Source of the DNA: an uncultured Gammaproteobacteria bacterium | Lineage (GTDB): Bacteria > Patescibacteriota > Microgenomatia > UBA12405 | Assembly: GCA_964448705.1 (NCBI GenBank) | Contig: CAYUZS010000001.1 | Location: 114,687-178,686, forward strand | DNA: 64,000 nt | Direction of reading: 5' to 3' | Shown: in pieces, positions 1 to 9,401 of the stretch | How the letters are laid out: each line of letters starts with the position of its first letter | Numbering within the stretch: position 1 is the stretch's first letter | Made by a program: the position numbers and the translations under genes | Notes under the pieces: model-generated | What the model was told of the DNA's origin: nothing | Seen by the model: the letters and a program-made list of their open reading frames with translations, nothing else | Databases searched by the model: none

Positions 1-849
1 ATAAAAGCTCGGAATGAGTTTGGAGGGCTAAAATAACCCACAAAATCATATCTTCATAATCATAAAGACCACGTTCCAAAAGAGTTTGTTGGTAAGATTG
101 GTATATTATCAACAAATCCCGTAGTTTAGGTAAATTGTTGTTAAGATTTTCAACGAAATCTTTGACGTTTTTCTTTAGTTCGGATAAAGAAATGACTTGT
201 GACTGGTAAAGATTAAGAAAATATTGGAGACGAATTTGGTATAGAGAATTAATTTTCGAATCGGCAGACAAAAAAGATATTAAACCGGTAATTTCCGTTT
301 CGGCTTTGGCAACAGCACGGATACCCTGCAACTTTTCGACAACCGGATAAGCAGAAACAACAAAGTCGGCAGCATATTTGATTAATTCTTCAAAACGGGT
401 AGGGGAAATATTTTCTTTTTTGAGAGTCGAGAGAGTGGAAATAATATCTTTTTGATAAAAATAGGTGAAGTTAAGATTTTTTAAGGGAGAGTCGGAGGGC
501 AGCTGATCGATAAGGGAACGGATTATTTCAATTTGAGTAATATCATCAATAGCCTCGGATTCAACAGTAGATTTAAGAAAATATTCAGGATGATCTTTAA
601 TAATAGAGTTACAAAAACCATGGAAAGTGGCGATGCGGACACTGTAAGCAGAAGAACCGATCAAATCCAAAAGACGCTGACGCATATTCAGAGCCGCATT
701 TTCAGTGAAAGTTAACGACAAAATATTACCGGGATTGATTTGGGACTCTTTTAGGATTTTTCCGATTCTAAGGGCTATAGTTTGTGTCTTGCCGGTGCCG
801 GCACCGGCAATAACCATCACCGGACCTTCAATAGCATCGACAGCCATTT
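1..849 (-). CDS. UvrD/Rep/PcrA-family DNA helicase, N-terminal part (C-terminus lies beyond window start)
   Basis: Reverse-complement translation from the ATG at 847-849 gives MAVDAIEGPVMVIAGAGTGKTQTIALRI.. (Walker A / helicase motif I), then LTFTENAALNMRQRL (motif Ia) and IATFHGFC. The frame stays open to position 1. The track ORFs 533..715 and 705..908 are antisense to it. Confidence 0.7.
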
Positions 850-912
850 TTTGTTCGGTGTTTAGTTTTTGGTACTCGGAGAGAAAATCTGACACTCACC
901 TATTTTAGCTTA

Positions 913-1374
913 TTACCACCGATCAATTATGGGTTGACGATGTTGGAAATAGTCTTCAATCCGCCTCCGGGCTGCAGGTGAGATATGAATTTGTTTTTTT
1001 AACTCGGATACCGTGAACCAGCGGGCGTCATTTAGTTCATTGTTTAAGTGATTAATCTTAATGATCGGTTTTGAATTGAGATTCAATATGTATAAATAGA
1101 TATGATCATCAAATTGAACAAGATTATAGTAAACACTCCAAGGGATCGGGTCGACATTTTCTATACCAAGCTCTTCATTAATCTCTCTTTTAGCAGCTTC
1201 TTTTGGGGTTTCATGTTTTTTAATGCCGCCACCTGGCAATGAATAGACAAAATTGTTTTTGTTTTTTACCAATAACACCTGATGACGAAAAACGATTATC
1301 ACCTGGACTCCCAGGCGTTGAGGATGAAATGTTTTTAATCGTAAATTAGCAAAATAGTTGACTATTCGAAACAC
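913..1374 (-). CDS. NUDIX hydrolase
   Basis: Nudix box LPGGGIKKHETPKEAAKREINEELGI (GX5EX7REUXEEXGU pattern). 153 aa. Co-directional with, and immediately upstream of, the truncated helicase. Confidence 0.75.
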   Translation of the reverse strand: MFRIVNYFANLRLKTFHPQRLGVQVIIVFRHQVLLVKNKNNFVYSLPGGGIKKHETPKEAAKREINEELGIENVDPIPWSVYYNLVQFDDHIYLYILNLNSKPIIKINHLNNELNDARWFTVSELKKQIHISPAARRRIEDYFQHRQPIIDRW

Positions 1375-1395
1375 AATGTTATATTAATCCGTTAT

Positions 1396-2157
1396 ATGAG
1401 TTCTGGTGAGTACTATAGCGTAAAAGGGGCACGATATCCAATCAGCGATCATTACGGCTATCCAGACACCTTTATTAGAAGAAGGGTTGATTGGGCTTAT
1501 CGTTTCGGCATTGATACTAGTCCTCAGTTGATAGAGGGTAGAGTAACCTTGGATATAGGATCTTGTCATGGACATGGACTGGAAAAAATTAGAAATCTAG
1601 AACCAAAATTGTTAATAAGTGCCGACAGATGGATTGATTTTCTCAAAAAACAAAGAAACAGCTTTTCAGAAATAAGTCAAGCACAATTGGATTTAAGTGA
1701 TAACTTACCTTTTGCCGATAAGTCGATAGATAGCATATTTCTATCTCATGTAGTCGAGCATTTAAATAACCCTTCTAAAGTAATACAGGAAATTTCGCGG
1801 GTATTAAAAAACGATGGAAAATTATTTATAGCCACTCCCTATAAAAAAACTGCTATACATAATAATGATGATGTACGAGTGTTTGATGAGGATTCGATAA
1901 GAAATATAATGACAAATAGTGGTTTGGATTATCATTGTAATTATTTAGATGCTAATTACAAGGCATGGAAAATTCATAGGAGAAAAATATTATTCTCGAA
2001 AATTTCGAGACTAACTGATAAGTTAAGACTTAAATATTGGATGTTGTGGGATAAGTTTATCCTCGAATCATCTGAGTTAACGATCGATGATTTTTCTGTC
2101 AGAAATCAAAGCGGTCCTACAACAATTGACTTGTTGGTAACGGCAAATAAACACTAA
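1396..2157 (+). CDS. class I SAM-dependent methyltransferase (Methyltransf_11-like)
   Basis: Motif I LDIGSCHGHGLE and post-I acidic motif; FADKSIDSIFLSHVVEHL is typical of type 11 methyltransferases. Confidence 0.65.
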   Translation: MSSGEYYSVKGARYPISDHYGYPDTFIRRRVDWAYRFGIDTSPQLIEGRVTLDIGSCHGHGLEKIRNLEPKLLISADRWIDFLKKQRNSFSEISQAQLDLSDNLPFADKSIDSIFLSHVVEHLNNPSKVIQEISRVLKNDGKLFIATPYKKTAIHNNDDVRVFDEDSIRNIMTNSGLDYHCNYLDANYKAWKIHRRKILFSKISRLTDKLRLKYWMLWDKFILESSELTIDDFSVRNQSGPTTIDLLVTANKH

Positions 2158-2462
2158 TTTTTTAGCTTATTACGACGAAAATTAATTTCATCGGAGCAGG
2201 ACAGAGCATCTTCACGGCTACTAAAAGAAATTATTTTTCCGGTGTCTTTAATATATTCTGAACCCAGCACAGTTTCGATCCGAAAACGATTGTTGCTGCG
2301 GGTGGCGCGAAGAAATAATTCTATTGGTGTACGATCCATATCCTGAGCAATTTGGATATCTAAAGAGTCCCTAAGTACCACCAGATGACCACTCTGCTCT
2401 GCATCGGAATCATACGAAATCTGATCAAAATAATAAAAACGAAATTCACCTATTTTTGACAT
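2154..2462 (-). CDS. hypothetical protein
   Basis: ORF 2154..2498 with a likely internal start at MSKIGEF. No recognisable motif. Confidence 0.3.
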   Translation of the reverse strand: MSKIGEFRFYYFDQISYDSDAEQSGHLVVLRDSLDIQIAQDMDRTPIELFLRATRSNNRFRIETVLGSEYIKDTGKIISFSSREDALSCSDEINFRRNKLKN

Positions 2463-2524
2463 AGACAGGGATTTTATAACAAAAATCGAGAAATGCAAGA
2501 AAAAGTTAAGTAGTTTTCCGCTAC

Positions 2525-2746
2525 TTACATCCCAAAACGGCAGGAAATCTCTTTAACAACAAGATGATGTTCCGGAAATTCCTGAAGATGGACTTTAGCC
2601 TCGAGGTTAATATCCAAAACATTACCCTCAGAACTAAAATGGCAGTCGTTACAGACAACATCACCCTGACGGTTTCTGAGACGTCTGGGAGCATGGGAAT
2701 CATTTACCATTTCACCAAGTCTTTCCGGAATATATTCGATAGTCAT
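2525..2746 (-). CDS. hypothetical small Cys/His-containing protein
   Basis: 73-aa ORF with CNDCHF and EHH residues (possible metal-binding), directly upstream of gatB in the same orientation. No family recognised. Confidence 0.25.
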   Translation of the reverse strand: MTIEYIPERLGEMVNDSHAPRRLRNRQGDVVCNDCHFSSEGNVLDINLEAKVHLQEFPEHHLVVKEISCRFGM

Positions 2747-2753
2747 ATTTTAA

Positions 2754-3050
2754 TTAATGTTTACCAGCTCTCATTTTCTCTGCCTGAGTATTGATTCTTT
2801 GGACAATACATCGAGCGTTATCTCTAGCCTTAAAAGGAATAAGGACTTCATTAATATTATTATTGGCAGGTACAATAATTTTAAGACGATTCTCTGAATG
2901 AGGATTAGTAGTGCGGGCAAAGATCGGAAGAAAATTTAATTCAAAATTTTTGGCTACTTGTTCTTCGACTCCAGGATTGAGAACAATATAAAAACCCCGG
3001 CTCTCGAAAGAACCATTAATAACCAAATATGATACTTTAGCCATAAACAA
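2754..3050 (-). CDS. hypothetical protein
   Basis: 98-aa ORF 18 nt downstream of the gatB stop on the same strand. No motif recognised. Confidence 0.3.
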   Translation of the reverse strand: MFMAKVSYLVINGSFESRGFYIVLNPGVEEQVAKNFELNFLPIFARTTNPHSENRLKIIVPANNNINEVLIPFKARDNARCIVQRINTQAEKMRAGKH

Positions 3051-3067
3051 GGGAGTTGTAACAAAAA

Positions 3068-4468
3068 TTATTTCAGAAGCTTTTCTAAAATTTCCTTGGC
3101 CAGCTGAGGATTGGCAGAACCTTTGGACTCTTTCATTACCTGACCGACTAAATAACTGACGGAAAAGGGATTTTTTTGGTAGTCAGCAACAGCTTTGGGA
3201 TTATCGGCCAAAACTTTTTTGGCAATTTGTTCCAAAGCACCGGTATCGGAGACCTGAAATAGGTTTTGTTCTTTAGCTAAAACCAAGGGATCTTTACCCT
3301 GATTATAAGCGTCTACAACCAACTGTTTGATGGCACTGGAAGAGAGTTCCGATTTATGATCAAAAAGATTTTTAAAATGCTCTGGATTTATTTTGTCTAA
3401 AGTAAGATCAATAGTTTTAAGTGGTCCAATTAAAAGATTGGTGACGAATTTAGCAAAATCAGGCTCGGAGGAGTTGTGAAGAGCTTTTTCGAAAATAGCA
3501 GAAAACTCGCTGTTTTCGGCCAAAAGATTGGCATCATAATCGGAAAGACCAAGAGCTTTATATTTGACAATTTTTTGATCGGGAAGTTCGGGTATAGTGC
3601 TGCGGATAGCCCCAATCTGATCCTTGGTAAAAATCATCGGAGGAATGTCGGGCTCGGGGAAATAGCGATAATCAGCACTCCCCTCTTTTTCCCGTTGAAG
3701 AAAAGTGCGGTTTTGATCGGCATCCCAACCACGGGTGGTTTTGTTGGTAGAGTTTTTTTCCAAATGATCTTCGGCAAACTGTTCTGACTGGCGGGTTATT
3801 TCGTAGTTAATAGCGTTCATAACGCCGGTTAAAGAAGCGACGTTTTTAATTTCAACTAAGGGAGTGTAGAACTGATCATCGATACATAAATTGACAGTCG
3901 GTTCACAACGCATGGAACCTTTTTCGATATCAGCATCGGAAACGCCGATATAACGGATGATTTGCTGAAGTTTTTCCAAATATTTCTTGGCCTCTGCCGC
4001 TGATTTTAAATCAGGCTCGGAAACGATTTCGACGAGAGGAACCCCGGAACGATTGAAATCAAGGAGAGTGGAGCCGTCGAGATGAACACTTTTGCCGGTA
4101 TCCTCTTCCATATGAGCACGATTAATCCGGATATCATGGCCATCAATATTTAAATGACCATTTATGGCAAACGGTTTTTGAAGTTGAGTTATCTGATAAC
4201 TCTTGGCCAGATCGGGGTAGAAATAATTTTTCCGCTCGAAAAAAGATTCCTCGTTAACAGAACAACCTAAAGCCAGGCCTAATTTAATACACCACTCGCA
4301 GGCAACAAGATTCGGCACCGGCAGAGCGCCGGGAAGGCCGAGACAAACAGGACAAGTGTGGGTGTTAGGTTCTGCGTGGAAATGCGAAGCATCGCAGCGG
4401 CAAAACATTTTTGATTTGGTTTTTAATTCGACATGGACTTCGAGTCCGATTATGGGAGTGATTTTCAT
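3068..4468 (-). CDS. gatB: Asp-tRNA(Asn)/Glu-tRNA(Gln) amidotransferase subunit B
   Basis: N-terminus MKITPIIGLEVHVELKTKSKMFCRCD...HTCPVCLGLPGALPV is the GatB signature. 466 aa. 4-nt overlap with gatA. Confidence 0.95.
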   Translation of the reverse strand: MKITPIIGLEVHVELKTKSKMFCRCDASHFHAEPNTHTCPVCLGLPGALPVPNLVACEWCIKLGLALGCSVNEESFFERKNYFYPDLAKSYQITQLQKPFAINGHLNIDGHDIRINRAHMEEDTGKSVHLDGSTLLDFNRSGVPLVEIVSEPDLKSAAEAKKYLEKLQQIIRYIGVSDADIEKGSMRCEPTVNLCIDDQFYTPLVEIKNVASLTGVMNAINYEITRQSEQFAEDHLEKNSTNKTTRGWDADQNRTFLQREKEGSADYRYFPEPDIPPMIFTKDQIGAIRSTIPELPDQKIVKYKALGLSDYDANLLAENSEFSAIFEKALHNSSEPDFAKFVTNLLIGPLKTIDLTLDKINPEHFKNLFDHKSELSSSAIKQLVVDAYNQGKDPLVLAKEQNLFQVSDTGALEQIAKKVLADNPKAVADYQKNPFSVSYLVGQVMKESKGSANPQLAKEILEKLLK

Positions 4469-5862
4469 AATTTTGGTTTTGATAATTTATATTCAGTGTT
4501 GGATTCAAAAATCTTAGCAATTTGATAAACAATGTCTTCACGTTTTTGTGGAGCCATGATTTGTAAACCAATAGGCAGTCCGATTTTATCAAAACCACAT
4601 GGAAGCGAAATACCCGGTAGTCCGGCAATACTTGATGGTTCCACCAGCATATCCTGTAGTTCTCCAAACATAGCCTGGCCTTCGGAAGCACCCTTTTTAA
4701 GAGCGGTGGTCGGAGAGACAGGACCGATGATAGCGTCAACTTTGGCAAACTGACGATCAAAATCCTGACAAATTAAAGTTCTTACCCTTTGGGCTTTATC
4801 ATAATAGGCATCGTAATAACCGGAAGATAGTGAATAAGTTCCCAGCATGATTCGCCTCTTAGCTTCCTGACCAAAATAACTTCGGTCGTGACCATAACGA
4901 ATACCATCAAAACGAGCCAAATTGCTGGAAACCTCGGAACGCTGGAGAATAGTGTAAACAGCAATTGAATATTTCGGATCCATAACATCGTCAAGTTCGA
5001 TGATTTCAGCACCTAATTTTTTTAAAGTTTCAGCTGCCGAGAGAATCGCCTCTTTTACCTCCGGTTGAACTTCTTTGGGAAAATAGGCCGAAGGAATACC
5101 AATTTTAAATCCGGTAAGATCTTTTTTTATTTCGGGGCGAATCCACGGTCCTTCTTCAATAGAAGTAGCATCAAAAGGATCATGGCCGGACATAATTTCC
5201 AGTACAGCCGCAGCATCGTCGACAGTTTTACAAATCGGACCAGGAGAATCAGTGGATGATTTCATGGCAATGACGCCATAACGGGAAACACGGCCGTAAG
5301 TCGGTTTAAAACCAACCACACCACACCATGAAGCCGGCTGGCGAATAGAACCGGCAGTTTCTGAACCAGTAGAAATAATAGTCTGATCTGAGGCCACAGC
5401 CGAGGCAGAACCACCAGAAGAACCACCGGGAAGATGTTCAATGTTCCAGGGATTAAAGGTAGTACCATAATCAGAAGTTTCCGTTGAAGAACCATGCGCC
5501 CAAGCATCCATGTTGGTTTTACCAATAATAATGGCGCCGGCAGCTTTTAATCTTTTAATAGAAGCGGCGTCATATTGGGCCAAATAATTGTCGAGTACTT
5601 TAGAAGAGGCGGTAGTCCGGATACCGAGGGTGCAAAAATTATCTTTGATGGCAATGGGAATTCCACCTAAAGGAAGAGAGAGGTCAGCATTATCGGCAGA
5701 TTTTAATGCTTCCTGTTCGGTAACAGTGACATAAGCGTTGAGGACCGGCTGAAGTTTTTTAATTTGGGCTAAACAATCAACGACCAAGTCTTTTGAAGAA
5801 AACTTTTTTTCAAGAAGTCCTTTTTTCGCTTCGGTTAATGTAAGTTGGTTGAGTGATGACAT
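4465..5862 (-). CDS. gatA: Glu-tRNA(Gln) amidotransferase subunit A (amidase signature family)
   Basis: Amidase signature GGSSGGSASAVA and Ser-cisSer-Lys context; 465 aa; sits between gatC and gatB. Confidence 0.95.
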   Translation of the reverse strand: MSSLNQLTLTEAKKGLLEKKFSSKDLVVDCLAQIKKLQPVLNAYVTVTEQEALKSADNADLSLPLGGIPIAIKDNFCTLGIRTTASSKVLDNYLAQYDAASIKRLKAAGAIIIGKTNMDAWAHGSSTETSDYGTTFNPWNIEHLPGGSSGGSASAVASDQTIISTGSETAGSIRQPASWCGVVGFKPTYGRVSRYGVIAMKSSTDSPGPICKTVDDAAAVLEIMSGHDPFDATSIEEGPWIRPEIKKDLTGFKIGIPSAYFPKEVQPEVKEAILSAAETLKKLGAEIIELDDVMDPKYSIAVYTILQRSEVSSNLARFDGIRYGHDRSYFGQEAKRRIMLGTYSLSSGYYDAYYDKAQRVRTLICQDFDRQFAKVDAIIGPVSPTTALKKGASEGQAMFGELQDMLVEPSSIAGLPGISLPCGFDKIGLPIGLQIMAPQKREDIVYQIAKIFESNTEYKLSKPKL

Positions 5863-5864
5863 AA

Positions 5865-6161
5865 TTATTTTTTATGAATAGTAGGTGAAGTTTTAAAATA
5901 ACCGTCCTGGGTATCTTTAGCCTGAGAAAGAGCTAATTTTTGCGGTAAAGAAGGAATTATTTCATCAGGATGAGAAACGTTTATTTTGTGATTAACCTGA
6001 TAGGTAGGAGGAACATTGTCGGTATTTAATTCTTTGAGAATATCAACATATTCAGCAGCCTGAGCCAATTGATCTTTAATATAATTTTCTTCAGGTTTAA
6101 TTTCCAAACGCGAAAGTTTGGCAATATGTTGAAACTGGTCATCGGTTATAACTGTCGACAT
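5865..6161 (-). CDS. gatC: Glu-tRNA(Gln) amidotransferase subunit C
   Basis: MSTVITDDQFQHIAKLSRLEIKPEE.. matches the GatC N-terminus. The track ORF starts at 6176; the ATG at 6161 is the more likely start. Confidence 0.85.
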   Translation of the reverse strand: MSTVITDDQFQHIAKLSRLEIKPEENYIKDQLAQAAEYVDILKELNTDNVPPTYQVNHKINVSHPDEIIPSLPQKLALSQAKDTQDGYFKTSPTIHKK

Positions 6162-6194
6162 GATGTATTTTAACAATTAATCTTCCCAAAGCGG

Positions 6195-6223
6195 ATAATA
6201 AAAAACCCGCTTTCTGAAGCGGG
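6195..6223 (-). terminator. rho-independent terminator-like hairpin between the FemAB-like gene and gatC
   Basis: Stem cccgctt / aagcggg (6206-6212 / 6217-6223) with a 4-nt loop, followed on the minus strand by the T-run ttttttattat. Confidence 0.5.
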
Positions 6224-6341
6224 AATTGTTTATCTGGTGACAACCAAAAATCCCCGCCTTAGCGGTTATTATTTTGATTGAAACGAACCAAATAAAACAT
6301 TTATTGATGATAATACAAAATTAGTGGTTGTAAAGAAGATA

Positions 6342-7382
6342 TTAGCGGCGGAAAACAGAAGCACCGAAACGAAGCAGTTTCCAGCGAAGTTTATCAACTA
6401 AATTGTATAGTTTATAAAGTTTCGGGTTGATAACTAAATCATAAGTGCCGACAAACTGGACTAACTGACCGCCATATCCCTGTTTAAAACGGTGAAAACC
6501 ATAACCCTGCTCGCCTTCTTTGGCATCCGGCCCCAAACTGCCCCACATATCAAATTTTTTAAGATTCAACTTTTGGCCGAATTTAATAGTTTCCCACATG
6601 AGTAAATTTTGGGCCATTACTTCTTTGTGTTCAAATTTTGAAGAACCGTAGGGATAAAAAAGTTTATCCTGATTAACAAAAAGCATAAAGGCAGAGAGCA
6701 CCTGACCTTGATACTCAGAGAGCATAATGTGAACCATACCGGTTGGTTTTAAGATCTTCCATAAATTTTCATGGTACTGGCGGGAATGGAGATAAAAACC
6801 CTGACGTTTAGTAGTTTCGAACAATAAATCAAGATAAGTTTTAAAACCAGCAGCGTCGGTTTTTTCGTAAACCTTTACCCCATATCGATTGGCGATACGG
6901 ATGTTGTAACGGGTTTTGGAATGCATGTTGGCTAAAAGCTGATCTTCTGAGAGAGTAAGATCGACGACATACGAATAGGGATAAAAGGCTACTTTAGGTG
7001 AAACTTTTAAATCCGGAAAACTCATATCAACTTTTAAAGAAGTCGGATTATTGTTGGCATCAAAAGTTTTTTGATAAACGTCAGGCTCTAATTTCACAAA
7101 GATAGCTTTTTCGTCGATAGCAATTTTACGGATATTTTTAATCATTTCCTCATCGACCTGAGGACCACGAAGAATGGTGCCGATGGAATAATCAGTATGG
7201 GGAATCCGATGAAAACTGACCGAGTAGGCAGAAACCATTTTTTCGTTGTCGAAAACCCCAAGACGATAAATTTTATGACCTTCGTTGATTTGGAAATCAC
7301 CCCATTCCCATGTTTGAACAGGATGCTTAACTAATTTGTTATATTGGTTTTTTTCTTCGTCGTAGAGAATGCGGGTAATCAT
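6342..7382 (-). CDS. FemAB-family peptidoglycan interpeptide-bridge peptidyltransferase-like protein
   Basis: 346 aa with a FemX/FemA-like two-GNAT-lobe layout. N-terminus ..HPVQTWEWGDFQ.. resembles the FemX 'QS..W..K' region. Assigned by overall resemblance, not a strict motif. Confidence 0.55.
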   Translation of the reverse strand: MITRILYDEEKNQYNKLVKHPVQTWEWGDFQINEGHKIYRLGVFDNEKMVSAYSVSFHRIPHTDYSIGTILRGPQVDEEMIKNIRKIAIDEKAIFVKLEPDVYQKTFDANNNPTSLKVDMSFPDLKVSPKVAFYPYSYVVDLTLSEDQLLANMHSKTRYNIRIANRYGVKVYEKTDAAGFKTYLDLLFETTKRQGFYLHSRQYHENLWKILKPTGMVHIMLSEYQGQVLSAFMLFVNQDKLFYPYGSSKFEHKEVMAQNLLMWETIKFGQKLNLKKFDMWGSLGPDAKEGEQGYGFHRFKQGYGGQLVQFVGTYDLVINPKLYKLYNLVDKLRWKLLRFGASVFRR

Positions 7383-7454
7383 GTGGTAATTATAAATGAA
7401 AAAATTATTAAATACCCTTTATTTTCAAAATTCACTTAAATTTTTAAAAGAAAT

Positions 7455-9377
7455 TTAATAGATATCAGGATCATAGATAAGATCCGAGTCGTCGGATCGT
7501 TTTTGACGACGGAGATCGATAATTTTATCGACCGATTCCTCGTACTCGATTAGTTTTTGGGGAATATCCAACAAAAAACGGGAAGGTTCGTTTAGCGAAC
7601 TTTTGCCGAAAAATAGGCGTCTGGTAGCATAGGAAATATAGAGATAATCTTTGGCCCGGGTAATACCGACATAACAAAGCCGACGTTCCTCTTCGACTTC
7701 GGAATCGTCCATCATGGAACGGGAGTGAGGTAAAATCCCCTCCTCAAAACCGACCAAAAAAACGACTTCAAATTCCAAACCTTTGCTACTGTGGAGAGTC
7801 ATTAAGCGGACACCGTCACGATTTTCCTTCTTTTTATTTTTCTCCTGAAGGGAATACTCCTGCTGAACCAAGGCTATGTTTTCCAGAAAATCATTAATCT
7901 TTGGAAAGGAAGCGGCAACTGATTTTAATTCTTTAATATTTTCGATTCTTTTTTGATCTTCCTCATCTTTAAGATCGAATTTGTCCAGATAGCCGGAGTT
8001 GGTGACCAGAGACTCCAAAATCTGAAGTGAAGTTAACTTTTTAAGATCCAAATTTTTTAAGTGCTCTTCAAAAATAACCTTGCGGCGTTTACCCAGAGCT
8101 TTTTCGACACGGTCTTCTGAGATTCGATCATGACGGTCGTGGCCAAAACGGAGCATACTTAAAATGTCCTTAATTTCGGCTCTTTCATAAAATCGCAAAC
8201 CGCCAATTAGGACATAAGGAATGCTGTATCTTAAAAAAGCTTCCTCCAAAACACGTGATTGAGCATTCATCCGGTAGAGAACGGCAATCTGACGAAAAGG
8301 AATATGGAGGTTGGAATAAATAAAATTAATTTTTTGAGCGATGTATTCTGCTTCGGCAATTTCCGATTCAGCGGAAAAAATTTTAATTAAATCCGATGAT
8401 CTTTTTTCAGTGAATAATTTTAAAACCGGATGAGAAGAATTTTTGGAAATAACGGAGTTGGCAGCATCGAGAATAATTTGGGTTGAACGATAGTTTTGCT
8501 CCAAATTAATGACCGTCGCATTTTCAAAATCTGTCGTATAAGCAGTCAGGTTGTGATAATCGGCGCCGCGCCAGCCATAGATGGCCTGTGAGGCATCGCC
8601 GACCGCCGTAATTTGTTTATATTTATTAGCCAACAATTTGGTTAACAAATACTGAATTTGATTAGTGTCCTGATATTCGTCTACCAAAATAAAACGATAA
8701 ATTTCCTGATACTTGGTGAGTATTTCCGGATACTGAATAAAAAGTTCGACGGTTTTGAAAAGAAGATCATTAAAATCCAGAGCCTGAAATTCGGTTAGTT
8801 TTTGCTGATATTTTTTGTAAATTTTAGCGGCGGTGTTTTGCCAATAACCGCTGCTGCGTATTTCAGCATCAACCGGATTAACAAATTTATTTTTACAATC
8901 CTCAATATAGTACATAACTGAACTCGGCTTAAATTCCTGAGGAGTAAGGTTCATGTCTTTAAGCAACAATTTGACAATATTTTCCTGATCATCACTGTCG
9001 TAAATAACAAAATCAGGACTAATACCAAGAGAACGACCGTCGCTTCGAAGAACACGACAACAAAAAGAATGGAAAGTTCCTGCCCAAAGTTGGGAATTTT
9101 TGGATGAAGGCTTTGTGGAATTTTTCGTTTTAGCGGCTAGTGGAGAAAGCAATTTTGACATCCGTTGTTTCATTTCATCAGCAGCTTTGTTGGTGAAAGT
9201 TAACAACAAAATCTGCGAGGGAGAGGCTTGTTTTGTGGCGACAAAATAAGCCGCCCGATGGGTAAGAACTCTGGTTTTACCCGAACCGGCTCCGGCCAAA
9301 AGCAGAAGCGGTTTACCGGGAAAAGTGACAGCCTCTTTTTGAGCCGGATTAAGACCTGATAAAATTTCATCGAGCAT
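7455..9377 (-). CDS. uvrD: ATP-dependent DNA helicase UvrD/PcrA
   Basis: LLLAGAGSGKTRVLTHR (motif I), LLLTFTNKAADEM (Ia), TFHSFC, VDEYQDTN (II), and GITRAKDYLYIS near the C-terminus. 640 aa. Confidence 0.9.
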   Translation of the reverse strand: MLDEILSGLNPAQKEAVTFPGKPLLLLAGAGSGKTRVLTHRAAYFVATKQASPSQILLLTFTNKAADEMKQRMSKLLSPLAAKTKNSTKPSSKNSQLWAGTFHSFCCRVLRSDGRSLGISPDFVIYDSDDQENIVKLLLKDMNLTPQEFKPSSVMYYIEDCKNKFVNPVDAEIRSSGYWQNTAAKIYKKYQQKLTEFQALDFNDLLFKTVELFIQYPEILTKYQEIYRFILVDEYQDTNQIQYLLTKLLANKYKQITAVGDASQAIYGWRGADYHNLTAYTTDFENATVINLEQNYRSTQIILDAANSVISKNSSHPVLKLFTEKRSSDLIKIFSAESEIAEAEYIAQKINFIYSNLHIPFRQIAVLYRMNAQSRVLEEAFLRYSIPYVLIGGLRFYERAEIKDILSMLRFGHDRHDRISEDRVEKALGKRRKVIFEEHLKNLDLKKLTSLQILESLVTNSGYLDKFDLKDEEDQKRIENIKELKSVAASFPKINDFLENIALVQQEYSLQEKNKKKENRDGVRLMTLHSSKGLEFEVVFLVGFEEGILPHSRSMMDDSEVEEERRLCYVGITRAKDYLYISYATRRLFFGKSSLNEPSRFLLDIPQKLIEYEESVDKIIDLRRQKRSDDSDLIYDPDIY

Positions 9378-9401
9378 GTTATTGAGTATAGAGCCTAAAC
9401 C

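Noticed and set aside
533-908. Plus-strand track ORFs 533..715 and 705..908
   Set aside because: They are antisense to the clearly coding UvrD-like helicase frame (Walker A GAGTGKT on the minus strand) and have no motifs of their own.
3430-5525. Short ORFs inside gatB/gatA on either strand (3430..3615, 3476..3787, 4365..4760, 4532..4753, 4782..5012, 5065..5259, 5262..5525)
   Set aside because: They are embedded in or antisense to strongly supported gatB/gatA reading frames. Low-complexity translations.
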